From: Callorhinchus milii
Lineage: Eukaryota
Direction of reading: 5' to 3'
Length of the DNA: 64,000 nucleotides
Assembly: GCF_018977255.1 (NCBI RefSeq)
Contig: NW_024704743.1
Location: 111,416,001-111,480,000 of the forward strand
A model generated the notes under the pieces. It was given only the letters and a program-made list of their open reading frames with translations, was not told the origin of the DNA and made no database searches. Made by a program: the position numbers and the translations under genes. This document shows, piece by piece, positions 1 to 12,004 of this stretch (within the stretch, counting starts at the first letter, position 1; the number at the start of each line of letters is the position of its first letter).

Positions 1-799
1 TTTGCTTGTTCTCAGTTAAATTATTTAATGTGAGAATCTCGATTTGCCAACACCTGGAAACTAGAAACTAGAACTGAGAGTACCTCCAAATCTTCCCAAT
101 CAAACCCCCAAATGTCAAGGCATCAGATTTAGACTTTCTTCCAATAAACCTGGAGTCAAAATGTAGGGTTTGGAAAATCACAAGATCAAATACGCAGCAA
201 ATCTTTACAAAAATCCACATCGAAGATATTATTCGAGCTTTGGTTTACATGTGCTTTACATATTATTATTATTATTATTATTATGTCTATCTGAACACTA
301 TCACATATCCCATTAATTCATAACGTCGTGAACAAAACTGGATTGAGTGAATCAGAGGCAAATCTATGATTGATCCAGTTAGCACATTTCTTTCTGGCCC
401 AAGAGCCATGCTGAGACATAGTCAATGCTCAGTGATGTTGACCAGAGAAATGACTGAGCGGATATCTTACACAATCAAAAACGATTTGGTAGTTGCCTCT
501 CTTTTCATGTTCTTTTGATCATAGATTGTGACAGTGGGAGACAACTCCGAGATGCTACTCGTTTGAATGCAAGTTGTTGTTATGAAGTTGTAAAAGGACT
601 CAGAACTAACAAATCCCAGTTGTGTCACGGTTCACTCTCTGCAACTCTGCTTGGAAGCTAAAAGCCATGAAAGTCAGAACTGAACTAGCTGAGCATAGAC
701 TACAATACATCTGAGGCTCACTGGTTATGCATGCTTTCACAAAAACTACAAGCAAGAGTTTACAGGCATATATGTTGATTTACAGAGAATAATGGAACA

Positions 800-905
800 G
801 ACTGCCAGGAAATGGTGGAGTTGGAGAATGATGGCAAGTTTAAGATGGCAAAGGATTAATCTGTTTGGCAAAAGAAGGAATAAAAAGGGATATGGAAACA
901 AAGTA
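800..905 (+). mobile_element. Degraded CR1 LINE 3' end
   Basis: 'gtggagttggag...tttaagatggcaaaggat...ggaataaaaagggatatgg' resembles the CR1 ORF2 end/3' UTR seen better at 24676-24880. Confidence 0.4.
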
Positions 906-1354
906 TTAGATGATATTTTGCCGATGTTTGGGCACGGCTTGATCGATGCAATGATCTGTTACCGCTGGTGCAGTCCTACGTTCCATAAAAAGTGAGGTTC
1001 AGGGCCAGAGGACTCAATAAAAGATAATGGGATTCTTCTTTATTGTGGATCATTTTTTTTGCAGGTTTCCTTGTGGTCACAACAGTGTCAATTAACTTGT
1101 GGGTGAGCTTCATTGTGATGAGTTATAAAATCTCAAGAGACATTATTTTGTAGTTGTGTAGAGTAAAAAAAAGGAAGCAATACACAGGGCTTTCTGGCTT
1201 TCTGAAGTTATCCTAACAATGCTGATCAATGTTTTTAGTATTGAATACTATTATATTTTACCCACTATCCAGTAAAAATGTTGCAACAACTTCAACAGAA
1301 TTTCCAGACAGCGATGAAGGTAAACAGTGACGAGGAGAGGAATATGCATTCCCC

Positions 1355-1660
1355 GGCCTTTGGATGAGACGTTAAACTGAGGCCCTGTCTGCCTGTTCAC
1401 TTGGATGTTAAAGATCTCATGTCTCCATTTGAAAAGAAAAGGGAGTTTCAGTGCTTCTGGTCGAACAATCCCCCTTCCACAATGAAATTGATCATTCACA
1501 TCATGGCTGTTTGTGGCACATTGATGTGTGCAAATTGACTGCTGTGTTTGCCTACAAACTACACAGTCACTGCACTTTACAATATATCCTGTTTTTGAGA
1601 TGTCCTCTGAAAGGCACTGTATCAAATGTATGGATTATTATTGCTATTATTATTATCATT
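1355..1660 (+). mobile_element. Deu-domain SINE (SacSINE1/AmnSINE-like), 5'-truncated
   Basis: Deu-domain motif 'tttggatgagacgttaaactgaggccctgtctgcc...ggatgttaaagatc', shared 3' module and (ATT)n tail; lies in the last SERINC intron. Confidence 0.85.
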
Positions 1661-1997
1661 AAGGCATGGCTCACGCCACTAATTGTCAGACACCCAGTCT
1701 AATGTTGCCTTTATAAAGTTAGAAATGAAAATTGTTAAGCTATTTATGGGCTGGGTATGCACAATGCAAAAGCTGTGTACTTACACACTTGCACTGTGGG
1801 CATATTCCAAAACTGGTAATATTTCTTTCCTCCCAACTATTTTCAAGTTTGCAGAAAAAAATACCTTGTAAGGAAGTTACGGGAACTGTAAACTCTTGAT
1901 TTGAATGTGTTGAATCATAAAAATCCTTTTACTTTATGATCAAATACCAAGCAGATTTGGGATGATTAACAATAGATGTCTTGCGTTACACACACAG

Positions 1998-2172
1998 TCA
2001 TGGTCCCGATTTTCAGACCGTATCCAGCACTTGGACTGCAGTGTGGGTGAAGATTGCCTGCAGCTGGATCTGTGTTTCTCTCTACATCTGGACACTGTTG
2101 GCTCCCCTGGTTCTGGCCAAGCTAGATGATTTTGAAGAACACAGTATAACATGGATGAGTGAAGTAAAATAG
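1998..2172 (+). CDS. SERINC: Terminal coding exon of a serine incorporator (SERINC1/2/3-type) gene; upstream exons lie outside the window
   Basis: Translates (S)[57 protein letters not shown], matching the SERINC C-terminal signature W[TP]AVWVKIxxSWxxxxLYxWTLxAPL; AG acceptor at 1996-1997 in phase 2; TAG at 2170-2172. Paralog identity unresolved. Confidence 0.9.
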
Positions 2173-3259
2173 AAGATAATGGACTTGGAAAGGTAGCTCA
2201 TTTTCACAGGCATTGCTTTCTGAAGCATGTCGTAGTATGTACTGACTCGACCCCAGCGTGGATTTGAATGAGATGGGCTTATGTCAATTTTTTCTCAAAT
2301 GTTTGTTGTTTATCTAAGTTGGCATTGGAAGAAGAATTGTGGCTAATGATTTAAACCATGGTTAAATCAGCCAGTTGAACCTCTGTGGGTCTACATGTCT
2401 GATCATGATGAGGTTCAGCGAGGCAGTAATAGATGCCATGAAAATATAGCAGTTGCTATCACAGCCCGGGATGATTGAAAGATCTTTATAAAGAAAGTTC
2501 TTAGAGAGCACAGAAAATAATGAACCGAACCTAGTGAATGGAAAGAAAATGTACATAGATTGATATTAAGTATTTAGGCATTTGCACAATACACGGCCTG
2601 AGGTTCTTATGACCGATCTCTGCTTCACTCAGGCCTGTAATAATCCCCTCAGGGCCAGTAATGACCATAATGCCCTCCAAAATCATGTTATGGTTATATT
2701 AGCCGATACATAATATATAAATAGGAATTCTAACTCATCGCAACGCTTTTAGATAATTGAATTGTTATAGTTTGTACTTTATTTCATGCTATCATCGTAA
2801 AGATATTCAGATTTAACTAAAAACAGCATAAAACGAATGACAATAATGCTTATTTCATAAATTTAAAGCTGGCAGGTCCCACTTATAATGCTAAACCCCT
2901 TGATGTAAAGGGTTAATAGCCACAGGCGTAATACTTTCTGATCTGCCATGAAAATCTAAATGAGGAATGTATGAGATCTTTGTGCTTGACATTAACCAGG
3001 TCTCCAAACATCCATATGGAGGCAATATCTAAAATATTAGACTTATTTATGAGATTCTATTGTTTATTATATCTGTCATCAGAATAGAACACTAGAGCTC
3101 ATTTTGTTACAGTTCTGTCACTGCGATACTACAGCACATGGAGAAGATTGAAATGTTTTTTGTATCAAAGGATTATTCTCTCCCTCACCATTTGAGTAGG
3201 CATACCCCCTCAAGACCTGCTTGTATCTCTTTTTGTCTGCCTGTAGGTGTACAAGACCT

Positions 3260-3410
3260 ATCCTTTTGAACGCTTTTTAGAGCAACTTTTAGCCCCCAAC
3301 CCTCCTCGGCTCCCCCTTCCTCCCCCGCAGTTCGGTCTCCCAGCTTGTTGGGTGCAGTGCTTTGAGACGACCTGCTGACGTGAAAGGTGAGCTATAAATG
3401 CAAATTGATT
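3260..3410 (+). mobile_element. L2 LINE 3' end fragment
   Basis: Pyrimidine-rich stretch then 'cagtgctttgagacg...gacgtgaaaggtg...ctataaatgcaaattg', like the L2 tail at 16640-16706. Confidence 0.5.
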
Positions 3411-3494
3411 TTGCTGTACAAGAGTAGCCCAGGATGACTTCCCCTGAGTCACTAGTGGATGCATCAATGTCTTTTACCACCACCAAATTGATAG

Positions 3495-3650
3495 GACTCA
3501 TGCCTCTGGGTCAGATGGTTGTGGATTAAAGTCCCAAAGGGTTAGACTGACACCAGTGCAATATTGAAGAAATTGATACTGCAATACTGCAATGTTGAAG
3601 GTTGAGAACTCATTTTCCTGGTTCTTCAGGTGGAGATGACTCTCAAGTGT
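3495..3650 (+). mobile_element. Deu-SINE tRNA-derived head fragment
   Basis: 'actcatgcctctgggtcagatggttgtggattaaagtccca...actgacaccagtgcaat' matches the head of the full copy at 14678-15070. Confidence 0.55.
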
Positions 3651-3884
3651 TTTACATATCAAAAGATTATCTTTACCCACCCCCCACACAATTAGAGCAG
3701 ACTTGCAATACCCTTTCAAGGCCTCTTTTTGTCCGTTTGTTGGTGTGATGAGTGTAACATTATACTGGAGAAAAAACTTGATATTCTGGTTGAGCACAGG
3801 GCGTGATCATGTCAGATGGTTATCAATGCTATTAGCTGGATTAGCTGTAAATGACTTGGTCATTTCTTGATTATCTTTCCAGTG

Positions 3885-4042
3885 ATTACGGGAAAGGTAG
3901 GAAAGGGAGGTTGAGACTAGGACTAGGATACTGGAGTCATTTAATAAACAGCTTGATGGATGGGAGGGCGGGTGTTCTGGAGGGATGAGATCAGATGGGC
4001 CAGAGGGCTTTTTTCATCTGAACCAGTCTTGTGATCTTGTGA
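3885..4042 (+). mobile_element. CR1-type 3' tail
   Basis: 'gatgagatcagatgggccagagggc...tcttgtgatcttgtga'; inverse homolog at 20265-20390. Confidence 0.5.
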
Positions 4043-4112
4043 GTGGCACATGTGAGAATGTTATGAAATGTATATGACCGCAAAGTGATGTTAAGAAAAT
4101 GTGAATTGTAAC

Positions 4113-4140
4113 ATTAAATAAATATTGGTTTCAGAATAAA
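4113..4140 (+). terminator. Candidate polyadenylation signals of the SERINC transcript
   Basis: ATTAAA 4113-4118, AATAAA 4117-4122 and AATAAA 4135-4140, followed by T-rich sequence, ~2 kb after the stop. Confidence 0.4.
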
Positions 4141-4357
4141 AGTTTTTTTCAAATATCGTAATGCTGCATATTCTGAATGTAAATTTTCTTTTTAATCAGA
4201 ACCAGATCAACACATGGCTCCGGTTGAATCATGTTGCATATTACAGTCAGCTACTCACACGTAAGGTCAGGTACAGAATATGGACTGAGTACATGCAAGG
4301 GATACGTACATAGTGGATTGTCTATCTCAAGACCTACCGCTTTGATTTGGTTATCTA

Positions 4358-4470
4358 TCCCCTCCCCACCACTCGGCTCCCACTCACACCACCAGCTCGG
4401 TTGCCCAGCCAGTACTGTTAAGCGCTTTGGGTTGTCCTCCCAAATTGAAAGACACTATAGAATTGTGAAT
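4358..4470 (+). mobile_element. L2 LINE 3' tail
   Basis: C-rich run then 'aagcgctttgggttgtcctcccaaattgaaagacactatag'. Confidence 0.5.
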
Positions 4471-7264
4471 TGGTATTGGATTAGAATTGACTCAGAGAGT
4501 AACGCATAAGGAAAGGGATTGGCACTGAATGTAGATAGTCTATCAGGATTACAAATTCCTTTGAGGATCTTGGACAGCCAAACGTTGGGTTTGATGCTTA
4601 GAAAAGGAAAACGATGCAGCAAAACAGTACCTCCTTCAGGAGGGAAAGCAAGATATTTCCATGGTGTATGGTGGTTTTATATTTTGTAGTGACTTTAAAA
4701 GGGACAACATTTTATGTTGCATTTAATGTTAATGAAATCTTCTATACCAATTTAACTTGAGGCTAACACTCAACTCACTTTCAACACTCATATTTCTAAT
4801 TTTCATTGGGTGACGTTCTCTATTTTTAGTGCACTTTACTACTGTGGTATGTAGATTTAATGTGGTTTTCCCATTAAAAATATAATTTCTCAAAGCACAC
4901 ACGGTCTCACCCCTTAAAATTGCTCTTTCTCAGTAAGGTCTGCAGTGTTTACAAATAGGTTCTGGCCAAATGGTGAAGCTGGTTGTCCAGACTGCTTTAC
5001 AATATTAAAATTTTAAAGAGAAATGCCATCCATATGGTCATTCTGAGGACCGTATCTGTAGCTTGGTTAATGCTGAATGTTGTATAAGACAGATATCCTA
5101 ATTATATTATCACAGACTGGTTTATTATAGAAGTTCCAATATTTCCATCTAGAGGGTCTGAATACGAATCCATTGGCAGGCTATGCTCGATGGAAGATAA
5201 TTGTCATTTTCTTACCTTAGCTGTCAGAACTGTCCAGAACCAACGTGTCCTGCAAAGTGTGCTTTGAATTGGTTGGTGGCAAAGCTGTGTCACCACCAAC
5301 TCAGGCTTAAACCTGTTAGAGGATTGTGTGGGGGAAGGAGAGGTAGACAGTGGGGGTGGGGGTGGGGGGGTGAAGAAATCTTGTCAGGAAGGAGAATATA
5401 ATACCCTCTGCACCTTTATTAATGAAACCCAGATAAGAAATGATAAGAAAATTAATAAATGAATAAATCAAGCTAAAGTAAACATTACTATTGAGAATAG
5501 TTTTTTTTACAAAGAATTACATAATTTTCCTTCACTTCACCCTTCCGTAATAATTTTGGCATGCAGGCAGACTGTGAGATAACTACCTCTTCTACTGAGG
5601 AATGAAATCTTATCATTAGCCGATTCAGCTCAGTAAAGAAAGTAATACTTCCTTTGTACTGTGGTTTTTACTTTGGAAAAACAAATCACTTTCCATTTCA
5701 AACTGAAATATGTGGCACTATACAACCAATGTGATGAATGCTTTGATTTAACTTTGGAGTGTAAGGTATTTTCAGGCAGATTCCAGTATTAGACACATTT
5801 ATTAGCACTCAGTATGTCAATTTTTCATGCTTACTTGTCATCTGTGCAGCAGTGCATAAATCAAAACTAGACGGAAGCAGACACTAACAAGATATAATTA
5901 TTGTAGTGTCTTTGCTATTTGCAGAAAAATACAATTTTATAGCTTTACATTACTGCAAATGCGATCTTATTTTACATAATGATACCATAATCCACTATTC
6001 TCCTGAACAATTAAAAAAAACATGCTTCTGATATCCAATTTTTATCTTATTCTCTTTCTTTTTCATTTTGTTCCTCCCTATGTCCGAAGAGACAGAACAG
6101 TGCAGATCAATTTACAATCCGTGTCTTGATTATTATTACAGGTTTTATATTGCATTTGTGTCAAAACCTAAGATTTTGATTTAAACCATTGGTTAATATA
6201 TATCTACCAAGGCGTAAATCACAGTGTTCCTTCATTGTCTCTTGCTCGAGTATGCTGGGAAGAGCACAATAAATTCAAAATAGAAAAAAAAACTTTTGTT
6301 AATATTATAATGCAATCAAGCCATGTGGAGATCTATGTAGAATTAATATTCATCATACAATCAAATGTCAAAGAATTATTGTAAAACATTGCAATTCATC
6401 TATTACATCGTTTTGCTAAGCGACACATCCCCACACAAGATAGTGATGAGGGGATGCTTATGGAAGCCAGCTGGAAGTATCAAATGGGGCTCTGAATAAT
6501 TAAAGAAATGGACTGCATTACTGTTACAAGCTGCAAATGCCAGCAACCCGCAGAAATCGAGCATTTTTGAAGAAAGTCAATACAAAATAACCTGAGAGAT
6601 TAAATTTTCATTTTAATTATACAGATGTGAACCAGATCGCAGTAATATTAGAATTATATTAAGGGCCGTGATGGGTATGTGTTGTGTATAATAACAGACA
6701 GTTATAATAATGTAGAAAATGTCCCTTTAGAGGCAAAGCACTCTTTATCCCTCTCTGAATATTTACCCCAAAGGGACAAAACAGCAATTATTTTCTGAAA
6801 GCAGATCATCACATTGTCTCACAATGTTTTGATGAAAAGCAGATTGTGCCTGGGTTGCCTGTCTTTCCCACTGCCACACTAATTTAGAACTGCTTCAGCT
6901 CTGCCATGACAGATATCCTAGGCGGGATCTTCCTGTAATAGCTTGTGTTGAGATCTGTTGACAGTGGCAATTCCTCATAAAGTTAGTGCCAAGGTTTGAG
7001 CTGAGTTCCTTGGCAGATTCACCCATCACCGCTCTGCCTCATTCAGATGCAGTATTTCTGTGGACTGCAGAAGTGGTTTCTATCCTCCAATTGCTGGAGT
7101 AGAGTGGGGTAGGCAGGTACCTTCAGTGTACAAGGCAAAGTAGGCCATTCAAGGATTAGTTAATTGTCACTCACCAACTAAAGAAATTGATGATTTGCTT
7201 TGAGGCAGAAATAAAAAAAATGCAAATGCTGGAGATCTGAAACAAGATTTATTCTCCCACAGTC

Positions 7265-7485
7265 CTATCTGAAAAGAGAAGGAAGTTTCTCCCAGTGTCT
7301 TGGTCATAAAATCCCCCAAATAAACTTGGGTACTCACTTCATGGCTGTTTTTGAGACATTGCAAACTTGCAACTGAATATACCTGTACTATAGACCTAAC
7401 TTTACAGTGTATCCTGTGAAGCACTTTGAGACGTCTCAACGTTGTGATAAGGTGCTATATCAAATGCAAGGATTATTATTATTAT
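7265..7485 (+). mobile_element. Deu-SINE 3' half
   Basis: 'gaaaagagaaggaagtttctcccagtgtcttgg...gaagcactttgagacgtctcaacgttgtgataaggtgctatatcaaatgcaaggattattatt'. Confidence 0.85.
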
Positions 7486-7629
7486 TTAAGCATGAAAGTT
7501 GATACAACTTCCCTTTTGGTTCTGGTGGGATCATGTTATGTACAAAATGCCTGCCACATTTGCCCACAAAATAAGTCACTGTTATTGACAGGAATTATGG
7601 TGAAGCTCTCGGAGACTTTGACATGATTA

Positions 7630-7772
7630 ATAAATAATAAATAATCCTTGCATTTGATATAGTGCCTTACCAAGTCTTCGAGACGTCTCAAAGCGCTTCA
7701 CAGAATATACTATAAAGGGAATTGACTGTATATTTTGTGAGTGAAATGCAACAGCCAATTCCACACAGCTGT
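7630..7772 (-). mobile_element. SINE 3' module, tail-to-tail with 7265-7485
   Basis: 'aataatccttgcatttgatatagtgcc...gagacgtctcaaagcgcttcacagaatatac'. Confidence 0.85.
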
Positions 7773-8309
7773 TAAGGACAAAAAAATGGGTGTATGTTTG
7801 TGGGGGTGGTGGGGGGAGGTCCAATTACTTTTTCGTTACCCGCTTTATGAAGTAAAAGTCCAACAGTATAGAAAGAAATGATTTGCATGTTTTTAACATT
7901 CTTTCTAAAAGTTGGATGATACAAATATAAAACCGGAGCAGTCTCTCTGATCACATGGCAGGCTGACTGATGCACAGAAGCAGACCAGTCTCTTCATCTT
8001 GCCAGCGTGGCAGGTTGGTGTGCTGGGACGTTGCTGCTTTAATTGCCATATCTTTAACGTTGGATTTGTCACTTGGCCTCTCCTTCAACGTCAGTCCCTG
8101 CTCTGCAGATACATATCCAGCAAATCATCCAAAACTTCTGTTGTTTTCTGTGTTTTCTTCCCCGTATTTGTTTTGCTCTTTTTGCCTTACCCGCTTTACT
8201 TTTAGTTACATGTCTTTAACGGTGACTTTCATTGGGGGCAGGGATCCTTCCCACCCCGGCTCCTGTTAATTCTGTAAGTCAAAGCCCTATCAGACAGGGT
8301 ATCCTTAGG

Positions 8310-8550
8310 ACAGCGAGAAGCTTGCAAGACAGCGCTCTCAATGGCAAGCCAAGTGGTTTTGGCTGGTTAAACTCCAACAGTTACTCCAACGTACACTCTG
8401 GGGATCTCAGTCCTCGTCTCTTGCCAGTGTGAGCCTAATACACTCCGGAATTAGGTAAGCAGCGGAGCATTCCCTCCATGGTCTAGTTTGGATACTTTAA
8501 GCATAGTGATGGGTTTCCTCATGTGTCCGACACCCAACTGCCCAAACAAA
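8310..8550 (+). mobile_element. 3' UTR remnant of the CCHC-bearing (RTE-X-like) LINE family
   Basis: Aligns by eye with 46080-46290 ('ttttggctggttaaactccaacag...acactctggggatc') and ends in 'ttggatactttaagcatagtgatgggtttcc...gtgtccgacacc'. Confidence 0.55.
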
Positions 8551-9989
8551 CATCACAGTAACTTTGAATCGTGCGACAGCAAACACAATAACCCTTTATC
8601 ACAACTGCAGGCAACTTGACCGAGAAAATCTTGAGGTTAAGTATCCCATTAAACTATACAAACATATTCTTAAATTGCAGGCATCCAATTAACTCCATCT
8701 CTCTTTGTTTTCTCGACATCTGCACTAAATTAGAAAGTTAGCAAACAAGCAGAGTCCCGCTGAGAAACCTTCTCAAGGATTTAATCATTCAATAATGTTT
8801 GCTTGTGACCAGGAAAAAACAAGCCCCACCCATCTCTGTGCCCTGTTAATACCACGTTATTCATCACTGGGCCCTGTTAATACCACATTACTGAGTTTCA
8901 CACCCAGCCTTGTAATGTTAGGGAGGGCGGTAACCTGGCATAGCATCATACCTAGTCTTGTCCGGTGCCTGATTACCAACTTGTGCCCATCCTTCTTGAG
9001 GGGGCGGGGAGATAAGCAGGGTCTCCTTAGGTTGAGCTGGCTCAAAGGTATCAATGGACTATCAGAATCAAGTTAATCATCTGCGGTGGTCCCGGTTGAC
9101 TGCTTTCTGAGCCAGGCGAGTCCCAACACACTATTGGTGACACCAGCCTGGGCTCCTTTTAACCCTGCAACAACAACAACAAGATTACAGTTAATCCAAA
9201 GTCCGACCAGGTAGGGTGGTCCCAGTTGGACAAGCAGCAGGAGGGTTGCCAGGTATGCTCTCAATAGCAAGCTATGTGGTATTAGGTGGTTTAACTCTAG
9301 CAGTACGTCAACACACACGAATGGAGCAAAAAGATTGAAAAAATGATGGTTGAGCCAACAAAATTAATATTTACTTTTTATTTAAATTAATTAATTGTAC
9401 TTTGAGTTCTGTATGTATATGGTCATTATCACAGTGATTGGTGTGATTATGAGTGTTACAGTATGTGTTGAAAATGTATAAAACTGGTGATAGAGAAAAA
9501 CCTGCAGTTGTCTAAAGGTTAAACTATTGAAACGTTGCTAGCTCACAACATGCTGAATAACTGCATACTTCACCCGGTGTTACATACGCCCAGTGATCTG
9601 GTATTATTCATATTAGATTTAATTAAAGATGGTGCAGAGAGTAAGCTTTTATTATAACGCTGTGAGCAGACCTGGTCTACATTCGGTTTCAGCACTGAAT
9701 AACAAAGTAAATTATCACCACGAGGGTGCGCTATTGCACTGTGCAAATAATCTGATTTGCGAATTTACATTTAATAAGAAATTCTTGATGGGTTTACGTG
9801 GGATAAATAACAATGGGTACAGTGAGCTTCCGCTGATGTTTCTTAATGATGGCACATGGTGTCTGGCTCGGTAGACACTAACATTAGGAAAGTAAAGAAT
9901 AATAAAGGTAATTGTGATGGAATAATACTTGCTCCATATCCCTACCTACAAGATCAATACCTAGGATAAGAAGGCTCAATTTGTAAACG

Positions 9990-10180
9990 TTTCACCCAAT
10001 GTCCTGGCCAACAATCCCCCAAATAGAACTGGTCATTCACTTCATGGCTTTTGTGGGACACTGCTGTGTGCAAATTGGTTGCACAAATAAACAATCACTA
10101 CACTTTACAGTAAGCCCTATGAAGCGCTTTGAGACATCCTCCCGAATGAAAGGCGCCGTATCAAATGCAAGCATTTTTTT
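9990..10180 (+). mobile_element. Deu-SINE 3' half
   Basis: 'tgtcctggccaacaatccccc...ggtcattcacttcatggc...gaagcgctttgagacatcc...atcaaatgcaag'. Confidence 0.8.
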
Positions 10181-10439
10181 TTATTGCATTACTTTTATTG
10201 TGGTATGTTACTTTGACACATTTGAACGCGTAATAAGATGCAAGGATTATTTTTTATTTTAAAATTAAAACTTTAATTGAAACTGGAATGAAAAATACAC
10301 ATTTAAATACAACTGCACGAGTGTATTGCTCCCAATCTCTTCGCTTCACATTGAGCTCTGGCTTCTGTGTGATCCAATAAACCCCCCCCCCCAATAAACT
10401 GATATCTTCTGTCTCATATTTAACAGGAAACTGTAAATG

Positions 10440-10570
10440 AGGAAAATGGGAATAGAGGGTTAAAACAAGAGGTTGGATAGGAGGAGAGGAGGCTTGTGTC
10501 AATTACAAACACTGATGGACCAGTTGTGCTGAACTGCCTGCTTGCTGTAATATTGCCTGTAATTCTGTAT
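10440..10570 (+). mobile_element. CR1 3' UTR fragment
   Basis: 'gaggaggcttgtgtcaattacaaacactgatggaccagttgtgctgaactgcctg...gtaattctgta'. Confidence 0.5.
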
Positions 10571-12004
10571 ATGTTGTTATAGTCTCATTGAAGATACCCT
10601 TATATTTTGCTGCCCTTTCCTAAACCCATGATTATTAACAAGAATATATTTCATCAACTATGGTAAAATTGACAAGCTGTAATATGTAACCCTTTTTCCC
10701 TTTTATGTTTTTTATCATCAATATCTTAGCCACCAAAAACTTTCACAATTTGCTAGTTATCCCTCTTCTGAATTGTAATATTCCTTTGTTGCACAAGGGC
10801 TAGCCACGTGACGACCACTGCTAAACTCACCTTTGAACTACGCATTTCAAAGCATGCGATAATACTCTGAGTATTCTGACACAACTCTGTATTGAGACAT
10901 GGTCTGTGGACTCTCCTAGTAACACACCTCTGTGTTGTCTATGGAGTGTGTATGACCAGAAATATCTTTTGGTGATTGTTATTTTTCTTCAATTATGTTA
11001 AAAAACCTTTATTTTCATATCTGCCAACTAATGGGCGAAAAAATTATTTCAATTAAAGTGGAAATACAATTTTAATTAGCTAATTTAAATAAATGCACAT
11101 TGCATAATTTAAGGGCTTTCCTTAAGAAGCGGATATTTCAGAGAAGCTGTGGCCAGGCATTATTTATTTCAGCTCTTAATTCCAGTCAGCAAGAATGCGA
11201 TGAGCTAAAGCTCACTGAACTGACAATTCAAAGGCAATTAGAAAATTAATGCACTATTTAACCTTTATAGCAGCTGAGACACACTGACATTTGAGGCCAA
11301 TGAGAATGCATTTGGCATGTGAAAAAAAATCATTGGCGTGTTTCAAAATTTCCAGCGCTCACTGGATTTCAGTCACATTGCACACAGCATCCTATTGTTT
11401 AGTGTTTCATATACAGCCACATGACAACCCTAAAATGCTCGGTTGCTAAATACTGCAAACTAAAAGCAGTTTAAAACAGCTGAGAAACGAAACAAATTTA
11501 CTTACTTCTCCCAAGAATTGAATGTGGTCGTCAACCATTAGTTATCACAACCAAAATGCACGTTGATGTTTTCTGTAGAAACCTGGTCAATGATTTCCTG
11601 TTAACCTTTTATATAAAGCATTTTAACTTTGTCTGAACTGGTTAAAGTGACTATGACATTAATTCCGGACATTCAGCCTCCTCAGTTTATCATGGATCAA
11701 CTGATTCAATCATCGGGTGAACCCACATTCAATAAAGACAACATGGTGTAAGAAATATCAATAAGAGTCTATAAGAGCATGTTGCCCATTCCCTTGAATT
11801 GATTTTTTTCCTGTTGCTGCTCTCAAGGCTGTTTCAAGAAACGATTGTTTTAAGTGTTGTAACACTGGTATGACTTCAATCCATCTGTTCCTCCCTGGTA
11901 TTTGTGGGAAGTCTAACACTGGTGAAGTCTGAACCTGGGGTTAGGGTCTCCCTGAGGTGCAACCTAGAGGTCTACATTCCTGCCACAGTAAAGAGGATTA
12001 TTTA

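Noticed and set aside
41..179. Imperfect 15-bp inverted repeat GATTTGCCAACACCT / AGGGTTTGGAAAATC
   Set aside because: Too short and degenerate, no TSD; possibly a hAT relic but not supportable
1..1990. Search for the penultimate SERINC exon (YSYSFFH...MMTLTNWY)
   Set aside because: No such coding sequence seen; it must lie upstream of the window
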